A stretch of DNA of 64,000 nucleotides from Octopus vulgaris (taxonomy: Eukaryota), in the NCBI GenBank assembly GCA_951406725.2, contig OX597826.1, positions 7,440,001-7,504,000 on the forward strand, given 5' to 3'. Within the stretch, counting starts at the first letter, position 1. Every line of letters begins with the position of its first letter. Shown piece after piece: positions 49,218 to 61,712 of the stretch. A model generated the notes under the pieces. The model had not been told where the DNA came from. It was given only the letters and a program-made list of their open reading frames with translations, and searched no databases. The position numbers and the translations under genes were made by a program.

Positions 49218-50396
49218 ATTCTTAGATGTGTATAACACGACGTTCTCTGTTTATATTTGGTGGCATTTCTCCAAATTTATTAAAATAACTTCAACTAAAT
49301 ATTCAAATTTAGGCCACAGATAATTCGGGCTAATATGTTATGAACTGGTGTAGTTGAAGCATCGGAATACAATTCCTTGTAATATTTGCTTCGTAACCCT
49401 GCAACTTATGTTCAAATCGCACTGAAGTCATCCCGCACTCTTTCTCGTTTCAGATTCATTAAAACAACTGCCAATGAAAGGTGATCCATCGACCGAACTG
49501 TAAGAATGCCGGATCTTGAATTATTTCACTTGAATTATTTGTTCCAGATACGATTTCTTTTCTTTATCTTTTTTGCCTTTTGTGTTCAAACCCTTCGATT
49601 ACTCGTTGAATGATACATTTACTTCCTCGTCCAGTTTAACGCCCTTATCTGGCACCCCATGCGCCTTTAGCAAGGTCCACTTTATTGTAAGCATTCAGCT
49701 TAGGACTTCGTTTAAAGTATACCTTCATCCTCCACTCCCAAACATAGCAGAGACCTCGTAAATGATCATAAGCTCTACTTTCGTGCCAGACTACAATTGT
49801 ATCCTATAAATCGCGCCTCAGTATTTGGGTATGTATAAAAGGGTATACTAACAGAGCCAATAGAGAGTTTGATAACGTACCTTACTATTTGTTTTTCCCT
49901 CTCTCTATGCTATTTCAGTGCACTTGTGACCCAAGATAGATTTTTCTCTTTTATCATTCGGGTTTACAAATAAAGTAACAGTCCAGTACTGTCGTCGAAA
50001 CTTTAGAAGTGTAACTAAACCCCGCCCCATCTCTTTGTTAATCGCATATTTCTAGATTCAGACCTAGAAAAGGACGCGCTACGGTTTGTTTCAAATGACA
50101 AAAGCACACTATATGATACGACTTCCGCCCTTTGAAACCACCACGTTTCGAGAGCCCAACGTTCCGGAGTCAACAAAATAACCTACGCGTAAAATGGCGT
50201 AGTATCTTTAACCTGGAAATCCCTTTCAGCCTATCTAGTCTTGCGCTCTACTAACAAAATAAACATGCATGTTTGTATAGATAATACATACATACAAATA
50301 TATATATATCGATATACACATAAAAACAAATATACATAAACATACACACACACGAGCGCGCGCGCAAACACACACATATATGCATATGTGTGTACG

Positions 50397-50795
50397 TGTG
50401 GCTGTGTGGTAAGTATCTTGCTTACCAACCACATGGTTCCGGGTTCAGTCCCACTGCGTGGCATCTTGGGAAAGTGTCTTCTGCTATAGCCTTGGTCCAA
50501 CCAAACCCTTGTGAGAGGATTTGGTAGACGGAAACTGAAAGAAGCCCGTCGTGTATATGTGTATATATATATGCATATATGCATGCGTGTGTATATGTTT
50601 CTGTGTCTGTTTGTCCACGCAACATCGCTTAACAACAGATGGTGGTATGTTTACGTCCTTGTAACTTAGCGGTTTGGCGAAAGAGACCGATACAATAAGT
50701 ACTACAAAGAATAAGTCCTGGGGCCGATTTGCTCGACAAAAGGCGGTGCTCCAGCACTGACTGAAACAATTAAAAGTAAAATAGTAAAAGAGTAT
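50397..50795 (+). mobile_element. SINE-B
   Basis: GTGGCTGTGTGGTAAG head to GGCGGTGCTCCAGCA..GACTGAAAC tail. Confidence 0.92.
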
Positions 50796-50842
50796 ATACA
50801 TATATATATATATATGTGGAATACACACACACTCACATATAT

Positions 50843-50897
<55 letters not shown>

Positions 50898-50900
<3 letters not shown>

Positions 50901-51330
50901 CTCTTTACTCTCTCTTTTACTCTTTTACTTGTTTCAGTCGTGTGACTGTGGCCATGCTGAAGCACCACCGGCTTTAGTCGATCAAATCGACCCCAAGAGT
51001 TATTCTTTGTAAGCCTAGTACTTGTATTATCGGTCTCTTTTTGCCGAACCGCTAAGTTACGGGGACGTAAACACACCAGCATCGGTTGTCAAGCGATGTT
51101 GGGATGTTGGGGACAAACACAGACACACAAACACGTACATACACATTTAAGTATATACATATATACGACGGGCTTCTTTCAGTTTTCGTCTGCCACATCC
51201 ACTCACAAGGCTTTGGTCGGCCCGAGGCTATAGTAGAAGACACTTACCCAAGGTGCCACGCAGTGGGACTGAACCCGGAAACATGTGGTTGGTAAGCAAG
51301 CTACTTACCACACATCCAGTCTTACGCCTA
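50898..51330 (-). mobile_element. SINE-B, tail-to-tail with 50397-50795
   Basis: Full reverse-complement copy. Confidence 0.93.
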
Positions 51331-51334
51331 TGTA

Positions 51335-52600
51335 TATATGTATACATACGCACCTACATACACACACGCACGCATACACACGCATACACACATACATTAC
51401 ACACGTACACACACACACGTACTACACACACACACACACACACTGACACACACCCATACATACATACATCTACACACTCACGCCTACACACATACATACA
51501 CACATACATAAACACACACACATACACATACACACACATACGCACGCACACACGCATATACTTATACACATGCACACACACACACATACATACACACCAT
51601 ATACATACACACACACATACCTACATACTCCTATACGCACATACATACACACAGACATACACACATACACACTCACACAAACATACACACACACATACTT
51701 ACACACACACTCACCTGCACGCGCACACACATGCATGACAAACACTCATACACTCACACTCACATACGCACACACCAACATAAACACGCACACGCACACA
51801 CACACCTACACTCCCACACACATACACACGCACCTACATACACACACGCACGCATACACACGCATACACACATACATTACACACGTACACACACACCTAC
51901 ATACACATGCATACACACACACACACAAACATGCACGGACACACCCAGACATACATACATACACCTATATACACACGCCTACACACCTACATACACACAC
52001 ATATACACACGCCCACACAGCTACATACACACACATACATACACACATACACGGACACACCTATACATACTTACATACATACACCTATACACACACGCCT
52101 ACACACCTACACACACACATGCACACACACACACATGTACGCACATACACACACATATACGCACACACATATATACCCACACACATGCACACACACACAC
52201 ATACGCACATACATGCACGCATGCACACGCGCACACCTACACGCATACACACACATACACGCACGTACACATACATACATACACACACGCATACATACAC
52301 CCATACACATACATGCATCCTACACACACATACATACACACTCACACATACATACACACACACACACTCACTCACACACCTGTATGTTCGCGCACACACA
52401 TGCACATACACACACTTCCCCACACCCACACGTACATACATACACACTCATACACACATACACACACACACACACACACGGACATACATCTATGCACACA
52501 CATATATACACACATACTCACATACATTCATCGGACACACTGCCACCCAGACATACACACAGACACACTCACACATCCACACGCACACATACGTACGCGC
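51335..52600. repeat. Degenerate (CA/TA)n tract, about 1.3 kb
   Basis: Direct reading; explains the long H/T/Y ORFs. Confidence 0.95.
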
Positions 52601-53472
52601 ACACTCGCAGGCTCGCGCACACACGCGTTTGCGCCGGTTCGCGCACGCATGCGCCCCGCATGCACCTCGCCCTTGGACCCGACGAGACCTCCCGCCCGTT
52701 CCTGGGATGTCGCTTGTCGTTGGCTTTTCCCACGCCCGTCTCCGCGGGACCACTCTTCCATCTTCCCCTCCGCTGGAGTCCTTTTCCTAACCCCCCCCCC
52801 CTTTTTTTCGTTACACACACGCGCACACATATACACACATTGCTTAAACATATACATCACTCTTACACACATTCAATCTACTCGCCACTAATACTACCAC
52901 GACACTGGACACACACACACACTACTACTCAACACACGCTGGCACGCTACATACGCCCCCACCCCTTCCCCTCCCTCCCTTCCTCCTTCCTCCCTTTTCT
53001 CACTACTGACCTTTGTCTGCTATGCTGCTGCTATGCTGACCACCGTCTCGCCCTACCTCACACGCCTACACACAGACGCACACACTAACACATACATATA
53101 TTTTTTGTTTTTTTACCTCGCCTCACACACACACATACACACACGCACACGCACACACTCACACATACACACACATCTGTTGCGTTACCAACCTTGTCTC
53201 CACTCTTTTGCCTTTAAAAACCCACTTTGCTCTTGTTATCGTAAACATCCGCCTTTCACCATGTGCTACTCCTAACACCAGCCGTTTTTTTCTCTATCTC
53301 CGTTGCCCGCTCCGGGATCTTTCTTTCCTCTCTCTTCCTTCTTTATGTTTCCGACGAAGAGCTCCGCTCGAAACGTCATACCTCCCTGCTTCCATTTCCT
53401 GAGCGCCTATTAATAATAATACTGTAATTGTTCCCTTGTTGTTGTTTTTTTGTTTCCCGTTTGGATTAAAAT
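52600..53472 (+). mobile_element. PLE-type 3' region (pLTR-like) ending in family H2 hammerhead and tail
   Basis: GTTT CCGACGA A GAGC TCC GCTC GAAAC GTC ATAC at 53347-53381; tail to GTTTGGATTAA(TA)n. Assigning the upstream GC-rich and pyrimidine-rich part to this element is inference. Confidence 0.6.
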
Positions 53473-54084
53473 TATATATATATATATGTATATATATACA
53501 TATATATATATATACATATATATATGTGTGTGTGTATATATGTATATATACATATATACACCTATATACATACATACATCTAGAATGTCTATGTATCATG
53601 CTCATTTACGCGCGAATATGAGTGTATAAGTTTCGTTATAAAAAGACAACGTGCGATAAGGTTGTTTTCTAGTCAGTACTATGTGATCGCATGAATCTAC
53701 GAATGTATGTCTATCCGATAGAATATATAATGTATGTATGTATACATGCGTGTATATGTTCTATATACGTACATTTTGCAATATTGCGCATGCGTATTTG
53801 TGTGTGCATGTGTTCGAATACTACAAATACGTTACTCAACGGGTATTTGGCCCCATTTGCCTTGTATGTGTCAATGATGATTCGATGCATGTTTTACATG
53901 TGTGTCCATGTGAACAAATACGTGTGTGTGTATGTGTGTGTGCGTGTGTGTGTGTGTGTGCGCGTACGTGCGTGTGTGCGTGTGTGTGGAGGTGGTTATC
54001 AATGGTGACAGCGTTTATGATAGGCCCAGCACAAATGCCTTGTATCTCGGCTTCATTTCCAGCTAATTGACATGAGAATCAGTT

Positions 54085-54085
54085 G

Positions 54086-54131
<46 letters not shown>

Positions 54132-54445
54132 CACATCATCACAAGCACACACGCAAACACACACAAATACAGACACATACATATAAATGGTAACACTCAC
54201 ACATCCATTCGTAAAATTACACACGCGCACACAATCAAATACAAACATATATACACATAATCACCCACTGAAATACATACTCTTACACAAAAATGCTCAC
54301 ACACACACATATACATGCATTTAATCATAGACATATGCATGCACAGAAATACACCTGGAAACACACACACACTCACACACACACATACATATATATTTAA
54401 AAACATTCATGCATATTGTACGCACAAGAACACTTATATAGAAAT

Positions 54446-54504
<59 letters not shown>

Positions 54505-54691
54505 CACAGGCACATCCGTACTCATACACTTACGATACAAGCAGGCAACATGTACAAACACACACGCACGCAATATGCGAAGAGACACACTTATTAACCA
54601 TGCGCATGCGCGGAAACACACAGGGACACATTATGCGCGCGCACAGGAATATACGTCCTTAGAGAGATATTACAGAAACACATACACACGA

Positions 54692-54723
<32 letters not shown>

Positions 54724-54886
54724 ACACATACGCACATACACAAACAAAACACACATACACATTCACGCATATTCTCACATAGAAATAAACAAGCAATCAC
54801 ATTTGCTTACATACAAATGTACTTACATACATACATATACTTACATACATACATACTTACATACATACATATACTTACATACATAT

Positions 54887-54956
<70 letters not shown>

Positions 54957-54960
54957 GTAA

Positions 54961-55028
<68 letters not shown>

Positions 55029-55177
55029 GTATGCGTATAGATTCAAACATCCATCAATCCATCCATCCGTCTCTACATCCACACACGAATTAATGTATAC
55101 ATACACACACATCATATATGGTTGCATACTTATGTACAAACACGTACATACACGTATGCTTGACCACTTACACACAC

Positions 55178-55225
<48 letters not shown>

Positions 55226-55454
55226 GTGTATATATATATATATACAGGAATAACCACATACAGTCACGTATATATTCACAACAATTCTCACGTATTCACT
55301 CACACATACATGCAAAGGGACACTTACACACGTTTACATACTCGCATATGAATGTAGAAACACTCCAACACATATGCATACAACCATACAACACACACAT
55401 ACGCACACGCGCACGGACGCACCTATATATACACCTATATATATTATATATTAT

Positions 55455-55491
<37 letters not shown>

Positions 55492-55604
55492 CGTACAGGC
55501 ATCCATGAACACACATGTGCGCTGTACGTATCTAACAACGACAGTCACAGAAATATATACCCATATATATATATCCAGATAACCGCGTGCACAAATACAC
55601 ACAT

Positions 55605-55663
<59 letters not shown>

Positions 55664-56234
55664 CTGTAATTTGCATACATACATATGCACAGATAGTCAC
55701 GTATTCCCTTACGACACACATACACAGAAATACATGCAAAGACACATACGCATAAACATAGGCATATACACACGTACACCCAAACGTGTGTATGTGCGCA
55801 GAGATATCCATGATATCCACACACTCACTCACACACACACATACATACATATAAACTTATACATACGAACACACATACATGTCCACACACTGAAATACGC
55901 ATATAGAGTCTCATACACACAAACACACACATATATACTCACAGATACCTATACACACAGATAGCCGTATAGTGATTCATGTATATACACACGTGTACAC
56001 GCGTAGAGATGATGTAAAGGCACACGCACACACACATTCACCCACACACACATATATACGCACGTATACCCACCCTTACTCACACACATACATATATACA
56101 GACAGATCCATGCGCATACAAACAGCCTTACAAGTATACGTCCGCATGCACGCACATATATACACACACACACAGAAGCAAACATACTCACACACACACA
56201 CATACGCACATATACCCACACACACTCACATACA

Positions 56235-56266
<32 letters not shown>

Positions 56267-56421
56267 GACAGATCCAGGCGCTTACGAACACACGCATACA
56301 AACACCCTTACAGACAGTCAAATACATACACACACGCACATATATACATACACACACACACACACACATATACACATACACACACACACACATATACATA
56401 CACACACACACACATATACAT

Positions 56422-56471
<50 letters not shown>

Positions 56472-56640
56472 GCCCACGCGTATTCACATTCTCATACGCA
56501 CACGTACGTACACGCGACATACGCACAAGCGCGCACCTATGAACCCACAAAGGCATGCACGCCCACACATACACATAAGCATGCAGGCACGCATACACAC
56601 ACACACACACGCACACACATACACACACACACACACGGAC
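54085..56640. repeat. CA/TA-rich low-complexity region
   Basis: Direct reading. Confidence 0.93.
55699..56335 (+). repeat. Direct repeat copy 1 (partner 60272-61110)
   Basis: 55699-56012 aligns closely with 60272-60599; both continue into units of about 170-190 bp containing CAGATCCATGCGCATACGAACACACGCATACAAACACCCTTACAAG. Confidence 0.9.
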
Positions 56641-56759
56641 CCGCCAACACAGAGCCGATTCGTTTTCGGAATCTCTCAATGATGTTGCCTGCTGGTTGGA
56701 TATTAACTAACGCAGTCACGTATCACCTCGCAGTTCTGATGCAATGCCACTACGACACT

Positions 56760-59700
56760 GGAAATGACGTCGACGACAAGGATATTGACGACGGCGGTGG
56801 CGGCGACCTCGGCGACGGAGACGGTGGTGGCGGTAACGGTGGTGGCGGTTGCTGTTGTTGTTATTGTTGTGGTGGTGGTGTGGTGGTGGTGGTGGTGTGG
56901 TGTTGGTGGTTGTGGTGTTAGTGGTGGTGTTGGAAGCGCGGGATCTGATGGTGCTGGTGGTGGAGGTGGTAGTGGTTATGGTGGTGGTGGTAGTGGTTAT
57001 GGTGGTTGGTGGTGGTAGTGGTGGTGGTGGTGGTTGTGGTGGTAGTGGTGGTAGTGGTTATGGTGGCGGTGGTGGTAGTGGTGGTGGTGGTTTTGGAAGC
57101 GCGGGATCTGATGGTGCTGGTGTTGGTGTTGTTGTGATTGTGATACTGGTGGTGGTGGTGGTGGTGGTACAAGTGGTGGTGGTGGTGGTGGTACTGGTGG
57201 TGGTGGTGGTGGTATTAGTGGTGGTGTCGGAAGCGCGAGATTTGATGGTGTTGTTGTTGTTGGTGGTGGTGGTGGTGGTTGCATTCGTGGTGGCGATTGT
57301 GTTGTTGGATTTGGTAGTGTTGACAGAGGATATAGTGGTGTTTGGTGTGGTAGTTGTGGTAGTAGTGGAGGTGGTAGTGGTGATGGCGGGTGGTGGTGGT
57401 GTTGGATGTGGTTGTGGTTGTTGTAGGGATGGTAGTGGTGACGGTGATAGCATTAACAGTACCGGTGGTGGTGTTAATGGTGGCGGTGTTTGTGGAATTT
57501 CGTTGTGATACTGGTGCAGATGGAGGCTGGATTTGGTGGTTGACATGTTGTTGTTATTGTTGTTGTTGTTGTTGCTGTTGCTGCTGCTGTTGTTGTTGTT
57601 ATTGTTGTTGGTGTTGTTGTTGTTGTTGTTGGTGGTGGTGGTGATGATGATGATGATAATGATAGTGGTGGTGGAAGTGGTTGTTGAGTTGCTGGCGGTG
57701 GAGGTAGTAATGATGATGCTGGTGATGGTGGTGGTGGTGTTAGTGATGACGATAATAATAATGATGATGATGGCGATGATGATGATGATGAGGAAGTTGG
57801 TGATGATGGCGGTGGTGATGGTGGAGGATTTTCGTTGTGATGGTGTGGACGTTGATACTAGTGATGTTGGTGTTAGTCATTTCGATGATGGCGGCGGTGG
57901 ATGCCAGTAATGACCATGGTGATGATGATGATGGTGGTGATGGTCGTGGCGGGAAAGTTTGCTGTGTTTGCAAATATCAGGATGCTACCATCGACGGTGA
58001 CCAATTTGGTGAACCTAGTATTTAGTGATGGATTTTGTAGTGGTGATTGTGGTGGTGGTGGTGATGGTGGTGATGGTGGTGGTAATTGTGGTGATGGTGG
58101 TGGCGATTGTGGGGGTGGTTGTAGTGGTGGTTGTAGTGATGATGGTAGTGGTGGTGGTGGTTGTGGTGGTGGTGGCGGTTGTGGTGGTGGCTGTTGTAGT
58201 AGTGGTGGTGGTGGTTGTAGTGGTGGTGGTGGTGGTGGTGGTGGTGGTGGTGGTGGCGGCGATTGTGGTGGTGGCGGTTGTAGTGGTGGTGGGGTGGTGG
58301 TGGTGGTGGTGGTGGTGGAGGTGAACGATTAGGTGGGGGTTGGTGTTGGCATTGGTGGTTATGTTCTTTATGACGTTGGTGATGATGATGCTGATAACAA
58401 AGGTGGTGCTGGTGGCGGCGGTGGCGATGGCGGCGGCGGTGATGGTGGTGGTGGTGGCAAGTGTGCTGTTACAATGGAGTGCATTGTTGAGAGCAATGGT
58501 GGTAGGGTGACCACGTACTTGTTATGAAACTGGTGGTATAGGAGGTGGCATTCTGGTTGTACGTTGTGTATGGTGGTCTCTGGTGGTGGTGTTGTTGTTG
58601 TTGTGGTGGTGGTGGTGGGTGTTGTTGTTGTTGTGGTGGTGGTGCTGCTGCTGTTGTTGTTGTTGTTGTTGTTGTGGTGGTGGTGGTGGTGGTGGTGCCG
58701 TTGTTGCTGTTGTTGTTGTTGTGGTGGTGGTGGTGGTGGTGGTGGTGGTGCTGCTGTTGTTGCTGTTGTTGTTGTTGTGGTGGTGGTGGTGCCGTTGTTG
58801 CTGTTGTTGTTGTTGTTGTTGTGGTGGTGGTGGTGGTGGTGCTGTTGTTGCTATTGTTGTGGTGGTGGTGGTGGTGCTGTTGTTGCTGTTGTTGTTGTTG
58901 TTGTGGTGGTGGTGGTGGTGGTAGTGGTGTCGTTGTTGTTGTTGTTGTTGTGGTGGTGGTGGTGGTGGTGGTGGTGTCGTTGTTGTTGTTGTTGTTGTGG
59001 TGGTGGTGGTGGTGGTGGTAGTGGTGTCGTTGTTGCTGTTGTTGTTGTGGTGGTGGTGGTGGTGGTGGTGCTGTTGTTGCTGTTGTTGTTGTTGAGGTGG
59101 TGGTGGTGGTGGTGCTGTTGTTGCTGTTGTTGTTGTTGTTGTGGTGGTGGTGGTGCTGTTGTTGCTGTTGTTGTTGTTGTTGTGGTGGTGGTGGTGGTGG
59201 TGGTGGTGTCGTTGTTGTTGTTGTGGTGGTGGTGGTGGTAGTGGTGGCGGTTGAGGCGGTGGCGGCTGTGACAGTACTGCTTGTGTCAGTTTGGTGGCGG
59301 CAGTATAGATGGGTTCGGTGTGGTGATGGTGGTGGTAGTAGTTTTGGAGTTAGTGCTTCTTGTGGTGGTGTGGACGGAAGTGGCGGTGGGATGACCCTGA
59401 GGAGGTTCAAAGGTTAGTGCTAAGGTCACTGAGGGTAGAGGTAGGGATGGTGGTAATGGGGGAGTGAATGTGGTGTTGAAAGGTGGTGACAGCGACGGTG
59501 ATGGGGGTGGAGGGGTGACGATGTTGACAATGGTCATGGTGATGGAAGGTGATGCTGGTTGTAACGGTGCTGTTGGTCACGATGTTGATGAGGACGGCGG
59601 CGACAACGACGACAATTATGATGTTGATGACGGTGATGATGATGATGATGATGATGACGATGATGACGATGATGACGATGATAACGACGACGATGATGAT

Positions 59701-59976
59701 GATGATGATGATGATAGTTGTATCCACCACAAAGAGGAGCAGAGGGAGAAGGAAGGGGACGATGTTGAAATGACAATGACGACGACGACGATGAATGAAG
59801 ATGATGACATTGGTGATGACGCCGACGACGACTGCGACGACAACGACGATTATGATGATGACGATGACGATGATGATGACGAGGACGAAGAAAAAATAGG
59901 AGGATGGAGATGATGAGACGACAATGACAAGGACGGTAATGACGGTGCAGATGATGACGATGGTGATGATGACGAC

Positions 59977-60016
<40 letters not shown>

Positions 60017-60045
60017 GTGGTGATGATGGTGTTGATGACGACGAC

Positions 60046-60092
<47 letters not shown>

Positions 60093-60099
60093 CGACGAC

Positions 60100-60137
<38 letters not shown>

Positions 60138-60271
60138 CGACGATGATGATGATGACGACGACGATGATGATGATGATGATAGCGATGATGATGATGATGA
60201 TGACGACGACGATGATGATGATGATGATAGCGATGATGATGATGATGATGATGATGACGATGATGACGATG
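56760..60271. repeat. G/T-rich trinucleotide mosaic (GGT/GTT/GAT/GAC)n, about 3.5 kb
   Basis: Direct reading; frequent frame shifts between blocks. Confidence 0.95.
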
Positions 60272-60743
60272 ACGTATTTCCTCACGACACACATACACAG
60301 AAATACATGCAAAGACGCATACACATAAACATAGGCATATACACGCATACAACCAAACGTGTGTATGTGCGCAGAGATGTCCATAATATCCACACACTCA
60401 CTCACACACACACATACACACATACATATATATATATATAAACTTATACATACGAACACACATACATGTCCACACACTGAAATACGCATATAGAGTCTCA
60501 TACACACAAACACACACATATATACACACAGATACCTATACACACAGATAGCCGTATAGTGATTCATGTATATACACACTTGTACACGCGTAGAGATGAC
60601 GCAAACGCATACACACACACACACACACACACATACGCACAGATACCCACTGACACTTACACACATACATACAGACAGACAGATTCATTCGCATACGAAC
60701 ACACGCATACAAACACCCTTACAAGAATACGCCTGCATTCACG

Positions 60744-60793
<50 letters not shown>

Positions 60794-61110
60794 CAAACAT
60801 ATACAGACACACACACACATACGCACATATACCCACGCACACTCACACATACATACATACATACATACAAATCCATCCGCATACGAACACATGCATACAA
60901 ACACCTTTATACACAAGAATACGTCCGCATGTACGCACATATATATACGCGCGCACACACACATAGGCAAACGCACACACCCACATGCACATATACGCAC
61001 ATATACTCATGCACACTCATACACATACATACATACATACAGATCCATGCGCATACGAATACACGCATACAAACACCCTTACAAGAATACGTCCGCAAGC
61101 ACGCACATAT
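60272..61110 (+). repeat. Direct repeat copy 2
   Basis: See 55699-56335; three minisatellite units at about 60676, 60870 and 61040. Confidence 0.9.
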
Positions 61111-61131
61111 ATATATATATATATATATATA

Positions 61132-61485
61132 CAAAATTGAATAAGGGTAGAAATTGATATTAATCAATTAAAACCAGTGGCCTAGCATATTAAAAAATCC
61201 GAAGATTAAAATATTTTTACATACAAAATTTAAAGGACTGACCACTAAAAGTGGACGGTCAACATGCTAGATATAGTTTTATAGATGTTATACTTCACTG
61301 AATTGGTAGCGAGAGCCTGGTCTTGTGCAGCAATGATCAGGCTTTCGCTGGTACGCTTCAAATCACTTCGCTCAAGCCATGCCCACGATGCTGTATTATC
61401 CTTAACGTCCCGTGTATTATCCTTGACGTCTATATCTAGCATGTTGACCGTCCACATTTAGTGGTCAGTCCTTTAAATTTTGTAT
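61132..61485 (-). mobile_element. Family P5 mini-element with 56-bp inverted arms enclosing captured LINE sequence
   Basis: Arms 61221-61276 / 61430-61485 (1 mismatch); 61275-61418 is the reverse complement of 62859-63002; (TA)n on both sides. Confidence 0.9.
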
Positions 61486-61712
61486 ATATATATATATACA
61501 CGCACAAAGGCAAATGATGGCGACGACTATGATGCCAATTATGACCACGGTGAAAAGTAGTACTATAGTTTCAGCGATTTTGGTAATAGTGTCGGTACAG
61601 CCTGTGAGAGTGACGGTTCTGATGATAAAGATGAATGTTATTGAAATAGGGAGGCACGATATAAGCACAATCTATGAGACAACCTAATTCGTGATAATGG
61701 TCATCATCATCA

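Noticed and set aside
51253-53088. About 400-aa His/Thr-rich ORFs
   Set aside because: Degenerate CA repeats lack stop codons in all frames.
56679-60397. Gly-rich, Asp-rich (59464-59913) and Q/H/T/P-rich ORFs as structural or biomineral proteins
   Set aside because: Trinucleotide mosaics with constant frame shifts; no signal peptide or supported splice structure. Cannot be fully excluded without RNA data.
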